Shown: positions 18,729 to 28,786, counted from the whole stretch's first letter. The stretch is DNA of 61,550 bases, filler included, from 5 parts of 5 records of this genome joined end to end with filler, not necessarily neighbours in it; one strand, 5' to 3'. Notes: generated from the sequence alone by a model not told the origin. Translations and numbers: made by a program.

Positions 18729-20045
18729 ATGGGCAAGAAAGAGATTCAACGACTGAAGCATGCATTTGAACATACGCCCACATTATTCCAACTGCTATCA
18801 ACCGTGCGTTCCCGTCGTGTGGGGAAAGGATACTCCCTTGAATCGGGTCGGCCCGATACCCATGGCGTCACGGGCCGCGAATTGAATAGCCGAAAGGGGC
18901 CGCTCTGTTTCTCTTCCCAAAAAGATCCGGAACCGCTCAGTGAGCTTGAGACAGCCTTGCTTTGCTGGGCCGCCTGTGGGCCCAACGGCACCATTACGGG
19001 AGACATTGCGGGCACAAACAACCTCGGAACCCTCATGGGCTTTGGGGGCAGGACGATCCCTTCCGCGGCCAATGATGGATGCGTGGATCTCATCTTTACA
19101 AACGACGACGGCACTTTCCTGTACCGCCCGACACCTCAACGCGCCAAAACCATTGAAATTGAATCCGAAGCAGACTACCCGAAGATTCTGGAATGGTTCC
19201 GACAAGGTGTGATTCAGCTCAGCAAAAGGCGCCTGGATATCGATTGGACCATAACTCCCGGACGTCCCATGGGCATTTGGCAATATAATCTGAACAGGCC
19301 CGGCACCACATGGTTCATTCCCGTGGTGGATATTGCAAAAGGGATGGTCAATCTCTATTTTAGTGTTTTTGAACATATGCAATGGCTCATAACGGACGAC
19401 GAAACAGGCAAACCGTGCGGTTTGGAAGAATGGGCCAAGCCGGGAATGCTGGAATTGCCCATAACCCAGCACGCCTACGAAGAAGCGATGCTCCATATGG
19501 CGGATTACCAGCACGGCATGTTGGTCCAAAACCTTCGCCTGGCGGCGGAAGCCATGGGGCTCGGCTCCTGGATATTTGGAGGATTTTGCGAAGATCTGGT
19601 TTTCGGCGGCTTCAGGCCTTTGGCCAAAGGGCTCCGCTTCAGATACAAAACCATAAACGGCAGAAGAAATTACGTTGGAATCCCCAAAGTGCTGGAAGGT
19701 TTCGGCCTTCCCTGTGCGTGGAATAAGTCGGTGGATGCTCTGGTGGATCGGGTTTTGGAACAAAAAAAGAAAGCCATGGCCCAACTCCCCTATCCGCACC
19801 GAATTGAATCGGAAATACGCCCGATCCTGGATACCGGCCCTTCTGACTGGTGTTTAAAAGCCGTTAAATCCGTGTTGAATTATCTTTATGAAAAATACGG
19901 AAGATTCCCGGTCCATTTTTCCACATTTCATTCAAATCTACACGCTCAAATCCATCATTTGGACACCGATTTTTATGACAACTCCCTAAAGGACGGCTAT
20001 GTCACCACATGTCATCGAAATCACGATAACATGTGGCACAAATGA
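18729..20045 (+). CDS. Long nitroreductase-like uncharacterised protein, copy 2
   Basis: Paralog of 8386-9750 along its whole length (STVRSRR, LCWAACGP, GRTIP, NRPGTT, QNLRLAAEAMGLGSW, QIHHLD, WHK). Confidence 0.6.
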   Translation: MGKKEIQRLKHAFEHTPTLFQLLSTVRSRRVGKGYSLESGRPDTHGVTGRELNSRKGPLCFSSQKDPEPLSELETALLCWAACGPNGTITGDIAGTNNLGTLMGFGGRTIPSAANDGCVDLIFTNDDGTFLYRPTPQRAKTIEIESEADYPKILEWFRQGVIQLSKRRLDIDWTITPGRPMGIWQYNLNRPGTTWFIPVVDIAKGMVNLYFSVFEHMQWLITDDETGKPCGLEEWAKPGMLELPITQHAYEEAMLHMADYQHGMLVQNLRLAAEAMGLGSWIFGGFCEDLVFGGFRPLAKGLRFRYKTINGRRNYVGIPKVLEGFGLPCAWNKSVDALVDRVLEQKKKAMAQLPYPHRIESEIRPILDTGPSDWCLKAVKSVLNYLYEKYGRFPVHFSTFHSNLHAQIHHLDTDFYDNSLKDGYVTTCHRNHDNMWHK

Positions 20046-20255
20046 AAATTCCGCAGCCATTAAGGCCATGAATTCCTAAACCCGCATCCTTGCCGGAATA
20101 ATGTGCGTTCACTTCCCTTGGAACGCAGAATCGTTTTCTGAGCGGTAGTGTAACAAAGGTTGAACATCCGCTCAAAATAACACCACCGGAATGAAATTTA
20201 TTGAAATTATCATAGAATCCTGCCATGATGGGGCGGTTTTTCAGCAAGGTCTTTT

Positions 20256-20552
20256 ATGATGCAACGGAATAATCTGGTTAAAATCGGTTTGTGGCGCCGA
20301 TTGCTTGAGGATTTCAGGCTCCTCGGCGCGCTGATAAAAGATTATTGGAAAGGGGAATATCGGGATGTTTCTCTCGGCTCCATTGCTGTTTTCGTCCTGT
20401 CCATCATCTATGTCCTCAGCCCCATCGATATCCTTTCCGATTTCATCCCGTTGCTGGGACAAATCGATGATGCCTTTCTTCTGCTCTTCTGCATTTATTT
20501 TCTGGAAAAAGACCTTAAGAAATACCATGACTGGAAAAGCAACCGTTCCTGA
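20256..20552 (+). CDS. YkvA / DUF1232 family membrane protein
   Basis: YVLSPIDILSDFIPLLGQIDD motif. Confidence 0.85.
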   Translation: MMQRNNLVKIGLWRRLLEDFRLLGALIKDYWKGEYRDVSLGSIAVFVLSIIYVLSPIDILSDFIPLLGQIDDAFLLLFCIYFLEKDLKKYHDWKSNRS

Positions 20553-20624
20553 AAACCGGATCCCGGCGGCACCCGGGGATTCGGCATAGGCCCTGCTGTT
20601 ACCGTAACCCTCAAGGAGACCAAA

Positions 20625-22175
20625 ATGGATATAGAAGCAAAAATCAGTGAACTTGAGAGAAGAAACAATGAAGCGGCCCTGGGCGGGGGCCAGAAAAGGA
20701 TCGATTCACAACACGCCAAGGGAAAACTGACGGCCAGGGAAAGGATTGAATACCTTCTGGACGAGGGGAGCTTTGAGGAAATCGATAAATTTGTACTCCA
20801 TCGCTGCCAGGATTTCGGCATGGAGAAAAAGAAAATCCCGGGCGACGGGGTTGTAACGGGGTACGGCACCATCAACGGGCGGTCGGTTTTTATCTTTTCC
20901 CAGGATTTTACGGTCTTTGGCGGTTCTTTAAGCGGCCCATTCGGAGAGAAGGTCTGCAAAATCATGGATCTGGCCCTCAAAAACGGCGCACCGGTCATCG
21001 GGCTCAACGATTCAGGGGGCGCCAGAATTCAGGAAGGGGTCGTATCCCTGGGCAGCTATGGTGAAATATTCAAGCGGAATGTGTGGTCTTCGGGCGTGGT
21101 CCCCCAGATATCGGTAATCATGGGTCCCTGTGCCGGCGGGGCCGTCTATTCACCGGCCATCACGGATTTTACCATCATGGTCAAAAAAACCAGCAACATG
21201 TTCGTCACCGGTCCCCAGGTCATTAAAACCGTCACCAGCGAGGAAGTCACCGCCGAAGCGCTTGGGGGCGCCATGGCCCACAACACCAAGAGCGGCGTGG
21301 CCCACTTTGCCGAGGAATCCGACCAGGCGGCCCTGGACCGGGTCAAGGAAATCCTTGCCTTCCTCCCCCAGAATTACCGGGAGATGCCCCCCAAAATTTC
21401 CTGCACCGACGACCCCATGCGCACGGATGCGGGGTTAAACAGCGTGGTCCCCACCAACCCCAGAATACCCTACGATATCAGGGATATTATCACTTCCGTC
21501 CTGGACCATAACCAATTCATGGAAATCCAGCGCCATTATGCACAAAATATGGTCATCGGTTTCGGCCGTTTAAACGGCATGCCCGTGGGCATTGTGGCGA
21601 ACCAGCCCAGATTCATGGCAGGGTGCCTGGATATCAACGCTTCCATGAAATGCGCCAGATTCGTGCGAACCTGCGACAGCTTCAATGTTCCGCTCATCAC
21701 CTTCGTGGACGTGCCGGGGTTTCTGCCGGGCGTGGGCCAGGAGCACGGCGGCATCATCAAACACGGTGCCAAAATCATTTATGCCTATTGCGAAGCCACG
21801 GTGCCCAAAATCACCGTGGTCACCCGAAAGGCCTACGGCGGCGCCTATGACGTCATGAGCAGCAAGCACCACGGGGGCGACATCAATTACGCCTACCCCA
21901 CCGCTGAAATCGCCGTCATGGGGCCCGAAGGGGCCGTCAACATCATCTTCAGAAAGGAGATCGCCGAGGCGGAAGATCCCGAAGCCAAGAGAAAAGAACT
22001 GGTGGAAGACTATCGGAACAATTTCGCCAGCCCTTTCAAGGCCGCCGAACTCGGTTACATCGATCAGATCATCTTTCCGGAAAATACCCGGCCCCGTTTG
22101 ATCAAGGCGCTCAACATGCTCAAGGACAAACGGGAGACCATTCCCCCAAGGCGGCATGGGAATTGTCCATTATAG
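20625..22175 (+). CDS. Acyl-CoA carboxylase carboxyltransferase beta subunit (PccB / methylmalonyl-CoA decarboxylase alpha family)
   Basis: [58 protein letters not shown]. Confidence 0.93.
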   Translation: MDIEAKISELERRNNEAALGGGQKRIDSQHAKGKLTARERIEYLLDEGSFEEIDKFVLHRCQDFGMEKKKIPGDGVVTGYGTINGRSVFIFSQDFTVFGGSLSGPFGEKVCKIMDLALKNGAPVIGLNDSGGARIQEGVVSLGSYGEIFKRNVWSSGVVPQISVIMGPCAGGAVYSPAITDFTIMVKKTSNMFVTGPQVIKTVTSEEVTAEALGGAMAHNTKSGVAHFAEESDQAALDRVKEILAFLPQNYREMPPKISCTDDPMRTDAGLNSVVPTNPRIPYDIRDIITSVLDHNQFMEIQRHYAQNMVIGFGRLNGMPVGIVANQPRFMAGCLDINASMKCARFVRTCDSFNVPLITFVDVPGFLPGVGQEHGGIIKHGAKIIYAYCEATVPKITVVTRKAYGGAYDVMSSKHHGGDINYAYPTAEIAVMGPEGAVNIIFRKEIAEAEDPEAKRKELVEDYRNNFASPFKAAELGYIDQIIFPENTRPRLIKALNMLKDKRETIPPRRHGNCPL

Positions 22176-22256
22176 TGGTAAGGTTTCATGTGTTAAGTTT
22201 ATGTTTTCAGGTCTTGGGATTACAATCATTCATCAACATTAACAGAAGGTTATAGA

Positions 22257-22652
22257 ATGAAAATTCACGAATATCAGGCGAAAGAGATTCTAAGGCAATC
22301 CGGCGTTCCGGTACCGGACGGTCAGGTGGTAACATCTCCTGATGAAGCCACAAAGGCTTCCCGGATGATCGGTGGAAATTTATGGGTCGTCAAAGCCCAG
22401 GTGCATGCGGGGGGGCGGGGCAAAGGGGGGGGCGTCAAAGTGGTTCATGACCCCCACGAGGTGGCTTCCACCACGGAATCCCTACTCAAGACGTCCCTTG
22501 TGACCCCCCAGACGGGACCGGATGGCGTGAACGTCAACAAAGTTCTCGTGGAACAAGGGGTTAACATCGAAAGGGAGCTTTATCTGGGCATGGTCATTGA
22601 CCGCAAAAGGGGAAGGGCGACAATGATTTTCAGCCAGGCCGGCGGCATGGAA
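22257..22652 (+). CDS. sucC: Succinyl-CoA synthetase beta subunit (3' truncated by contig end)
   Basis: MKIHEYQAKE, VKAQVHAGGRGKGGGVK, ELYLG. Confidence 0.9.
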
Positions 22653-22752
22653 NNNNNNNNNNNNNNNNNNNNNNNNNNNNNNNNNNNNNNNNNNNNTTAA
22701 TTAATTAANNNNNNNNNNNNNNNNNNNNNNNNNNNNNNNNNNNNNNNNNNNN
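22653..22752. other. Artificial contig linker
   Basis: N-run with TTAATTAATTAA (stops in all six frames). Confidence 0.99.
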
Positions 22753-23502
22753 ATGGTCGCTTCGAATTTTCGAGGTCACATTTAGGTTTTCAATAATCAG
22801 CGCCAGTTCCTTCAGTACCTCATGGGGAGAAAGCATCTGAAATCTTCCTTTCCCGATCTGATGCAGCATCAGGGTATTCAACTTGGGAAGGAAAGTACGC
22901 ACTCGAATAAAGTCGGGATTCACGGCATTGAGTACGGATGCGGTCTTACCCGCATGGTCCAGAGTCCTTTCCAAGCCACCGATCCCCAGCAGCACATAGA
23001 CATTCAATTCCATTCCGGCCTCCCTGACCCACAATCCCGCCTCTATCTGCTCCATTGAATCGGTCCCTTTTTTGATCCTTTTAAGGACTTCATCATCCCC
23101 GCTTTCGAGCCCCACATGTATCCTTGACAAACCGGCATTTCTAAGTCTGAGCAGTTTTTTTAAGCCTTTTCCGTGAATGTATTGGGAAGAACCGTACACC
23201 GTAATCCGTTTGAGTTCAGGAAAGAGAGATCGTGCACAAGAGCAGATATGGACCAGATCATCCGTGGGCATTGCGATGGTGTTTCCAGCAGGGAAAAAAA
23301 GCGTTTGAACATTTTCGCCATAGGCTTTCCGGGCTTCCAACAGATCCGCTTCAATATCCTCGACGGACCGCAATCGAAAACGGGGACCTTTTTTGTAGAC
23401 CATGCAAAAGGTGCATTTGTTGTGAGGGCAACCGACCGTGGCCTGTACCAGCAGGCTGTCCGCTTCACTGGGGGGACGGTAAATGGGCCCTTCATATTGC
23501 AT
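22753..23502 (-). CDS. Radical SAM protein (3' truncated)
   Basis: MQYEGPIYRPPSEA, GCPHNKCTFC, GLESG. Confidence 0.85.
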
Positions 23503-23650
23503 AGAAAACAACTACTTGAAGCATTACAGGAAAGAATCCGGTTGAAAAGATCACAACATCTCACCGACGATGGCTATTTTTTAACAAACCTCGCGGATAC
23601 TGTCAAGCGGTCAGCCCATTGCTTTTCCATGACGGAAAGGCAAAACACCC

Positions 23651-23680
23651 TTGACAAAAGGAATATCTTTTAAGTAAAAG
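23651..23680 (+). promoter_or_regulatory. Putative sigma-70 promoter of the cytochrome-rnf operon
   Basis: TTGACA at 23651, TAAAAG 18 bp downstream. Confidence 0.4.
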
Positions 23681-23767
23681 GTTCCTAAATTTGACGGGCA
23701 TTCTTCTTTATTCACCCATGCCCGTCATAAATCACACTGCAATGTTGGGAACTTAAGGAAAATCATC

Positions 23768-24142
23768 ATGGATAACAAGGCTCTTCGAACCATCGCCTGC
23801 TGTATGGCGGCGGCTTTTCTGGTTATTGGCGTGGTTTGTTACGCAGCATTCGCAAAAAAAGCCCCGGAAAATCCCATCAGGATCATGTTCAAGAATACGG
23901 GCGGCAACGTTCTCTTTGATCATAAGGGACATTTTCACGATGATGGCTACGGCATTGAATGTGCTGATTGCCATCATGACCTTGAAGAAGAAGGTGACAC
24001 CCCGGCCGCGTGCAGTGAATGTCATGACGCGGAAGGAGAAGATGCACCGAAGCGGGTGGACGTGCTGCACTCTCAATGCAAAGACTGCCATGACGAGGGT
24101 GGCAGCGGGCCGTTAAACTGCGCTGAGTGTCATGTAATGTAG
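23768..24142 (+). CDS. Tetraheme class III cytochrome c (c3-type)
   Basis: N-terminal signal/anchor, VLFDHKGH, four CxxCH (CADCHH, CSECH, CKDCH, CAECH). Confidence 0.9.
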   Translation: MDNKALRTIACCMAAAFLVIGVVCYAAFAKKAPENPIRIMFKNTGGNVLFDHKGHFHDDGYGIECADCHHDLEEEGDTPAACSECHDAEGEDAPKRVDVLHSQCKDCHDEGGSGPLNCAECHVM

Positions 24143-24209
24143 TCTTCGCCATTAAAGCATCTGTTACCCATGGACAGATTGAGTGTTTATTCATGGGCGG
24201 GAGGGAAAT

Positions 24210-25499
24210 ATGATAAAAAGACCGTTTTTCGGTTTTGGAAAACCCAAACTGGATTATGCCGGTGTTGAAGGGCTGGCGCCGGGTGAAGTGAAAGATATCC
24301 CCCTTTCGGGGCGGGCCGTCCTGTTTTTTGAAGTACCGCATCCCACCATCCACGATGTCTCCATCCAGGTGGACGATGAAGTCAAAACCGGACAGAATCT
24401 TAAACTTTCCCCCTTTTCGAAAACCACGTTCACATCAACGGTGACCGGTTCCATTACGGATATTTCAAAAAAGACGGGTTACCTTGGAAAAACGTTTTTT
24501 TCGGTGGGCATTGACGTCTCCGAAGCAGACCAATGGGATGATGCCTTTTCCGAGGCGGTGCAATCACAGGGACTGGAAAAAGCGGATCGATACTTAAACG
24601 GGCTGCCGGGTATCTCAAACATCAACGCGTTGATTCATCCTGAGACCCCTTTAAAGACCATCGTGGTTAACGGGATGGACAAAGATCTCCTGGTGACGAC
24701 CCAGCAGATGGTTGTAAAATCCCAAAGCGACGATCTCAAAGAAGGCATCGCATTTCTGAAAAAATTAACCGGGAATCCGAAAGTCATCCTGGTTGTGCCG
24801 CCCGGTCTCAGTGCGGAAGCGGCAAAATCAGGCGCTCAAGTTGAAACCATCACCCCCTCTTACCCCAACAGCCTGCCCGAAATGATCATGAAGGATGTCC
24901 TGCATCAGGTAGTTCCCGCAGGAACGGACTGTGGGTCCCTGGGTGTGGGATTTATTGATGCGGAAGGGGTGGCGGCACTGAAACACGCCATTACGGAAGG
25001 GAAACCGCCCGTTACCAAAATGGTTACCGTTATCGGAAAAAATGAAAAGGTTCAGGTCATCAGGGTCCGATTGGGAACCCCCATTGATGCGGTTTTGAGC
25101 GCCCTTCACCTTCCCCTGGAGCAGGGCGACAGGCTTGTGATCGGCGGACCCATGACGGGAAAAAGCATTTATACGGAAGAAATGCCCATCAGGCAGGATA
25201 CGGATGCCATCATGGTACAGGGTAAGGACCTTCTGGCCCATAATGAAGATGTTCCGTGCGTCAATTGCGGAGAATGCATCAGAGCGTGCCCGGTCAAGAT
25301 TCCCGTCAACATGCTGGTGCGCCTCCTTGAAAGCAGTGAGTTTGAGGAAGCCGCAAAAGACTACGATCTCCTTTCCTGCATTGAATGCGGGCTTTGCAGT
25401 TACGTATGCGAAGCGAGAATCCCTGTTTTTCACTATATCATGCTGGGGAAATATGAACTGTCGCTGATAAAAGAAGCGGAGGAAAGCGCGAATGGATAA
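24210..25499 (+). CDS. rnfC: Rnf complex subunit C (divergent)
   Basis: GGPMTG, CVNCGECIRACP, CIECGLCSYVC; first in the rnfCDGEA order. Confidence 0.85.
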   Translation: MIKRPFFGFGKPKLDYAGVEGLAPGEVKDIPLSGRAVLFFEVPHPTIHDVSIQVDDEVKTGQNLKLSPFSKTTFTSTVTGSITDISKKTGYLGKTFFSVGIDVSEADQWDDAFSEAVQSQGLEKADRYLNGLPGISNINALIHPETPLKTIVVNGMDKDLLVTTQQMVVKSQSDDLKEGIAFLKKLTGNPKVILVVPPGLSAEAAKSGAQVETITPSYPNSLPEMIMKDVLHQVVPAGTDCGSLGVGFIDAEGVAALKHAITEGKPPVTKMVTVIGKNEKVQVIRVRLGTPIDAVLSALHLPLEQGDRLVIGGPMTGKSIYTEEMPIRQDTDAIMVQGKDLLAHNEDVPCVNCGECIRACPVKIPVNMLVRLLESSEFEEAAKDYDLLSCIECGLCSYVCEARIPVFHYIMLGKYELSLIKEAEESANG

Positions 25500-26460
25500 C
25501 CGGAAGCTGTTTGTCAGCTCACATGCCCCTTACTGGCACAATGGGAGCAGCATCGCCATAAAAAGCTACAATATTATGCTGGCTGCCCTTCCCGCCGTGC
25601 TTCTGGGCATTTATCATTACGGAGCCCCGGCCCTTGGCGTGGTGACCTTTTCCATATCCTGCGCCATGATCTGGGAGCTCATCATGAATGTTATCATGAG
25701 GCGTCCCATCAGCATCGGCGATGGCAACGCCGCTGTTATCGGGCTGATGTTCGCCATGCTCCTGCCCGCGGCGGCCCCCTGGTGGGTGGTGCTCATCGGT
25801 ACATTTCTGGCCATCGTGGTGGGAAAGCAGATTTTCGGCGGCATCGGTTCCAACCCGCTGAATCCGGCGTTGGTGGCCATTGCCATGATCTTTCTTTCCT
25901 GGAAGGGTATCCTGGACTTTGACGAAGCCCTGCTCGATTATGAACTGGGGTTTTCCATGTTGTATCCCCTGGCCACATTGAAACACTTCGGCGTGGAAGC
26001 GGTTAGCGAATATGGGGCGGGCGGACTGCTCATGGGCTGCCATACCGGTGGCATCGGTTCCACTTTCGGTCTCGGCCTGATCATTGGGGGAATCTATCTG
26101 ATTTTGAGAGGTTTCATCCGCTGGGAAATCGCCGTCTCCTTTCTGGCAGGGGTATTCATCACCGCTTTATTGTTTAATGTGGCAAACCCTGAAAGCTACG
26201 CCGGACCGGTTTTCCATCTTCTGACCGGTTACACGCTGATCGGCGCATTTTTTCTGGCCACCGAAGACTCTTCTTCGCCGGTCAATTTTATCCCCATGCT
26301 GATTTATGGGGCACTGGCCGGTCTTCTCACGGTTCTCATCCGCAATATCGGCGCCATGGTGGACGGCGTTGTTTTTGCCATTCTCATGCTAAATTGCGCA
26401 AACCCATTACTGGACAAAATCAGGCCCAAGGCCCTTGGAAAGGAGATGGAAAATGCGTGA
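25492..26460 (+). CDS. rnfD: Rnf complex subunit D
   Basis: GKQIFGGIGSNPLNPA, GAFFLATEDSSSP, multiple TM helices. Confidence 0.9.
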   Translation: MDNRKLFVSSHAPYWHNGSSIAIKSYNIMLAALPAVLLGIYHYGAPALGVVTFSISCAMIWELIMNVIMRRPISIGDGNAAVIGLMFAMLLPAAAPWWVVLIGTFLAIVVGKQIFGGIGSNPLNPALVAIAMIFLSWKGILDFDEALLDYELGFSMLYPLATLKHFGVEAVSEYGAGGLLMGCHTGGIGSTFGLGLIIGGIYLILRGFIRWEIAVSFLAGVFITALLFNVANPESYAGPVFHLLTGYTLIGAFFLATEDSSSPVNFIPMLIYGALAGLLTVLIRNIGAMVDGVVFAILMLNCANPLLDKIRPKALGKEMENA

Positions 26461-27046
26461 TCTTTTCAAACTTTTCATTGCGGTTGTGATCTTCAGTGCT
26501 TTTTCGGGGGGTGTCCTGGCCACCGTCCGAAACGCCACCCAGGACCGTATTGAGTATCAGCAGCTGGTCTTTGTTAAAGGCCCCGCCATCAATCTCATTT
26601 TGGAAGGGTGCACCAACGATCCGCTTCAGGATCGGTTTAAGATGAAGGACCAGGACAAAGAAAGGGATTTCTTTGTGGGGGAATTCGACGGCAAGAAAAA
26701 TGTAGTGGCCTTTGAAACCTACGGCAAGGGGTTCAGTGGCGACATCGGCGTCATCACGGCGGTGGATGTGGACACGGACAAAATCATCGGCGTTGCGGTG
26801 ACCACCCACAGTGAAACACCCGGCGTGGGCTCAAAAGCAAAGACCGACGCCGGCTTTGGAGGCCAGTTTAAAGGGCAAACCATTACCGAGGTCTTCAAAG
26901 TTAAGCCCGACGGAGGTCAAATTGACGCCATCAGCGGCGCCACCATTTCATCTCGCGGTGTTGCAGCGGCTGTTTCACAGTCCGGAGAAATTTATAAGCG
27001 CTTGAAAAACGACCTCAAAAACAAAATGAAAGCGTCTCAAGGATAA
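26453..27046 (+). CDS. rnfG: Rnf complex subunit G
   Basis: HSETPGVG, DAISGATISS FMNylation motif. Confidence 0.92.
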   Translation: MRDLFKLFIAVVIFSAFSGGVLATVRNATQDRIEYQQLVFVKGPAINLILEGCTNDPLQDRFKMKDQDKERDFFVGEFDGKKNVVAFETYGKGFSGDIGVITAVDVDTDKIIGVAVTTHSETPGVGSKAKTDAGFGGQFKGQTITEVFKVKPDGGQIDAISGATISSRGVAAAVSQSGEIYKRLKNDLKNKMKASQG

Positions 27047-27063
27047 GGGGGATAACATCAGTT

Positions 27064-27657
27064 ATGGCAAAAACGGCTGTTCAGGAATTCACCAAAGGAC
27101 TCTGGGCTGAAATCCCACCTTTTCGACTGGTCTTAGGCCTCTGCCCCGTGCTGGCCGTGACCAAAACCGTGGAAAACGGTATCGGCATGGGGGTGGCAAC
27201 CACCTTTGTGCTGGTATGTTCCAATGTCCTCATATCAATGCTTCGAAACGCCATTCCCAAAAAGGTGAGAATCGCCTGTTTCATCGCGGTCATCGCCACG
27301 TTCGTAACGGTGGTGGAACTGTTGATGCAGGCATTCGCCTACCCGCTGTTCCTGAAATTGGGAATTTTCATTCCCTTGATCGTGGTGAACTGCATCGTGT
27401 TGGGACGCGCGGAAGCCTTTGCGGCCAAGAACAAGGTGGTTCCCTCCCTTGCCGACGGACTGGGTATCGGTGTCGGATTCACCCTCTCTTTAGGCGCACT
27501 GGGCGGCATTCGAGAGGTTCTGGGATCAGGCATGTTTTACGGAACACCCGTATTTGGACCGTCCTTTGAACCTTTCGGTTTCATGGTTCAGGCGCCGGGC
27601 GCCTTCGTATGCCTGGGGCTCATGCTGTGCGTCATGAATATGCTGGGTAAAAAATAA
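27064..27657 (+). CDS. rnfE: Rnf complex subunit E
   Basis: LGLCPVLAVT, FIPLIVVNCIVLGRAE, PGAF. Confidence 0.93.
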   Translation: MAKTAVQEFTKGLWAEIPPFRLVLGLCPVLAVTKTVENGIGMGVATTFVLVCSNVLISMLRNAIPKKVRIACFIAVIATFVTVVELLMQAFAYPLFLKLGIFIPLIVVNCIVLGRAEAFAAKNKVVPSLADGLGIGVGFTLSLGALGGIREVLGSGMFYGTPVFGPSFEPFGFMVQAPGAFVCLGLMLCVMNMLGKK

Positions 27658-27672
27658 TCCATCAAGGAGTAA

Positions 27673-28251
27673 ATGATGACCGATTACCTCTTACTGATTG
27701 TCAGCTGTATTTTCGTCAACAACATCCTCTTGATGCAATATCTGGGGAACTGCCCGTTCCTTGGCGTCTCCAAAAGGATGGAAACGGCCACGGGCATGTC
27801 CATGGCGGTCATATTCGTAATGGTCATGGCAGGGTCCATCACCTGGATGGTGGATAATTTCCTCTTAAAGCCGTTCGATCTGGAATACCTGCGGACCCTC
27901 ACCTTCATTATGGTGATTGCCAGTCTGGTGCAATTCGTGGAGATGTTCCTCCGGAAATCCATTCCCACACTGTATGCGGGCCTCGGCATATTCCTCCCCC
28001 TCATTACCACCAACTGTGCCGTCATGGGTGTATGCCTCATCAACATCATGGAAGAATACAGCTTTATTCAGGCCCTGGTCGCTTCATTCGCCTACGCCAT
28101 CGGGTTCGGCCTGGCGCTGGTCCTTTTCGCGGGCCTTCGGGAACGCATCAACCTTGCACGGGTGCCCAAACCCCTTCAGGATACCTCCATCGGGCTTGTG
28201 ACCGCGGGCATGCTCTCCCTTGCCTTTTTTGCATTCAAAGGGATGGTATAG
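27673..28251 (+). CDS. rnfA: Rnf complex subunit A
   Basis: YLGNCPFLGVSK, LGIFLPLITTNCAV. Confidence 0.93.
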   Translation: MMTDYLLLIVSCIFVNNILLMQYLGNCPFLGVSKRMETATGMSMAVIFVMVMAGSITWMVDNFLLKPFDLEYLRTLTFIMVIASLVQFVEMFLRKSIPTLYAGLGIFLPLITTNCAVMGVCLINIMEEYSFIQALVASFAYAIGFGLALVLFAGLRERINLARVPKPLQDTSIGLVTAGMLSLAFFAFKGMV

Positions 28252-28278
28252 AGTTTCTTTATTGACCAAAACGCAACC

Positions 28279-28322
28279 AAAAACGGGATTTTCCAGGCTA
28301 TAAGGAAATCCCGTTTTTTTTT
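28279..28322. terminator. Rho-independent terminator, likely bidirectional, between rnfA and rseC
   Basis: AAAAACGGGATTTTCC...GGAAATCCCGTTTTTTTTT. Confidence 0.8.
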
Positions 28323-28342
28323 GACACTTCAGGGTTGCCGGT

Positions 28343-28786
28343 TCACGGTTGAAATCGTGTGATGATGCGGGTCATTCTAGGCCGGTATTTCCGGTTGGCC
28401 CCCGGTGTTTTGTCAAAGAACCTCAGAAGAAGAAAGGTGATACCCATGGCCAAAAACCCAAAGACGATGGAACATGGTGTTGGATTTAGACCCAGAGCCG
28501 GCGCCAAAAATGTTCCACCCACATAGGCGCCGCAAATGAGCGCCGCAACGGGGATGAAATAGACATAGAGTGAGAGGGCCAGAAACGTCCCGGATGGGAT
28601 GCTCACCTCAACCTGGTCCCCTTCGCCCGCTTTCAGACGGTTGTCCACTTCGATCTCCATGGGTTTCCCGCCGTGAACGTCACAGGAATCACGGGATTCA
28701 CACGAAGAACAGGCGGAACTCTTCTCGATTCTAATGACGGCTTTTCGGCCCGAAATTTTATCAATAATACCCCGTTCGGTAATCAT
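28343..28786 (-). CDS. rseC: RseC/MucC family (SoxR-reducing system) membrane protein
   Basis: MITERG, SACSSCESRDSC, GDQVEV, two TM helices, RPRMTRII. Confidence 0.8.
   Translation of the reverse strand: MITERGIIDKISGRKAVIRIEKSSACSSCESRDSCDVHGGKPMEIEVDNRLKAGEGDQVEVSIPSGTFLALSLYVYFIPVAALICGAYVGGTFLAPALGLNPTPCSIVFGFLAMGITFLLLRFFDKTPGANRKYRPRMTRIITRFQP

Noticed and set aside
17246-19799. 327-aa and 333-aa minus-strand ORFs
   Set aside because: Antisense to the acyl-CoA dehydrogenase and the nitroreductase-like gene
22697-22708. TTAATTAATTAA repeated four times in the window
   Set aside because: Artificial all-frame-stop linker inside N-runs, not a biological repeat
22753-23502. CX4CX2C motif in the second radical SAM protein
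   Set aside because: From recollection this spacing is usual for the YEG..RPPSEA subfamily, so it is not anomalous
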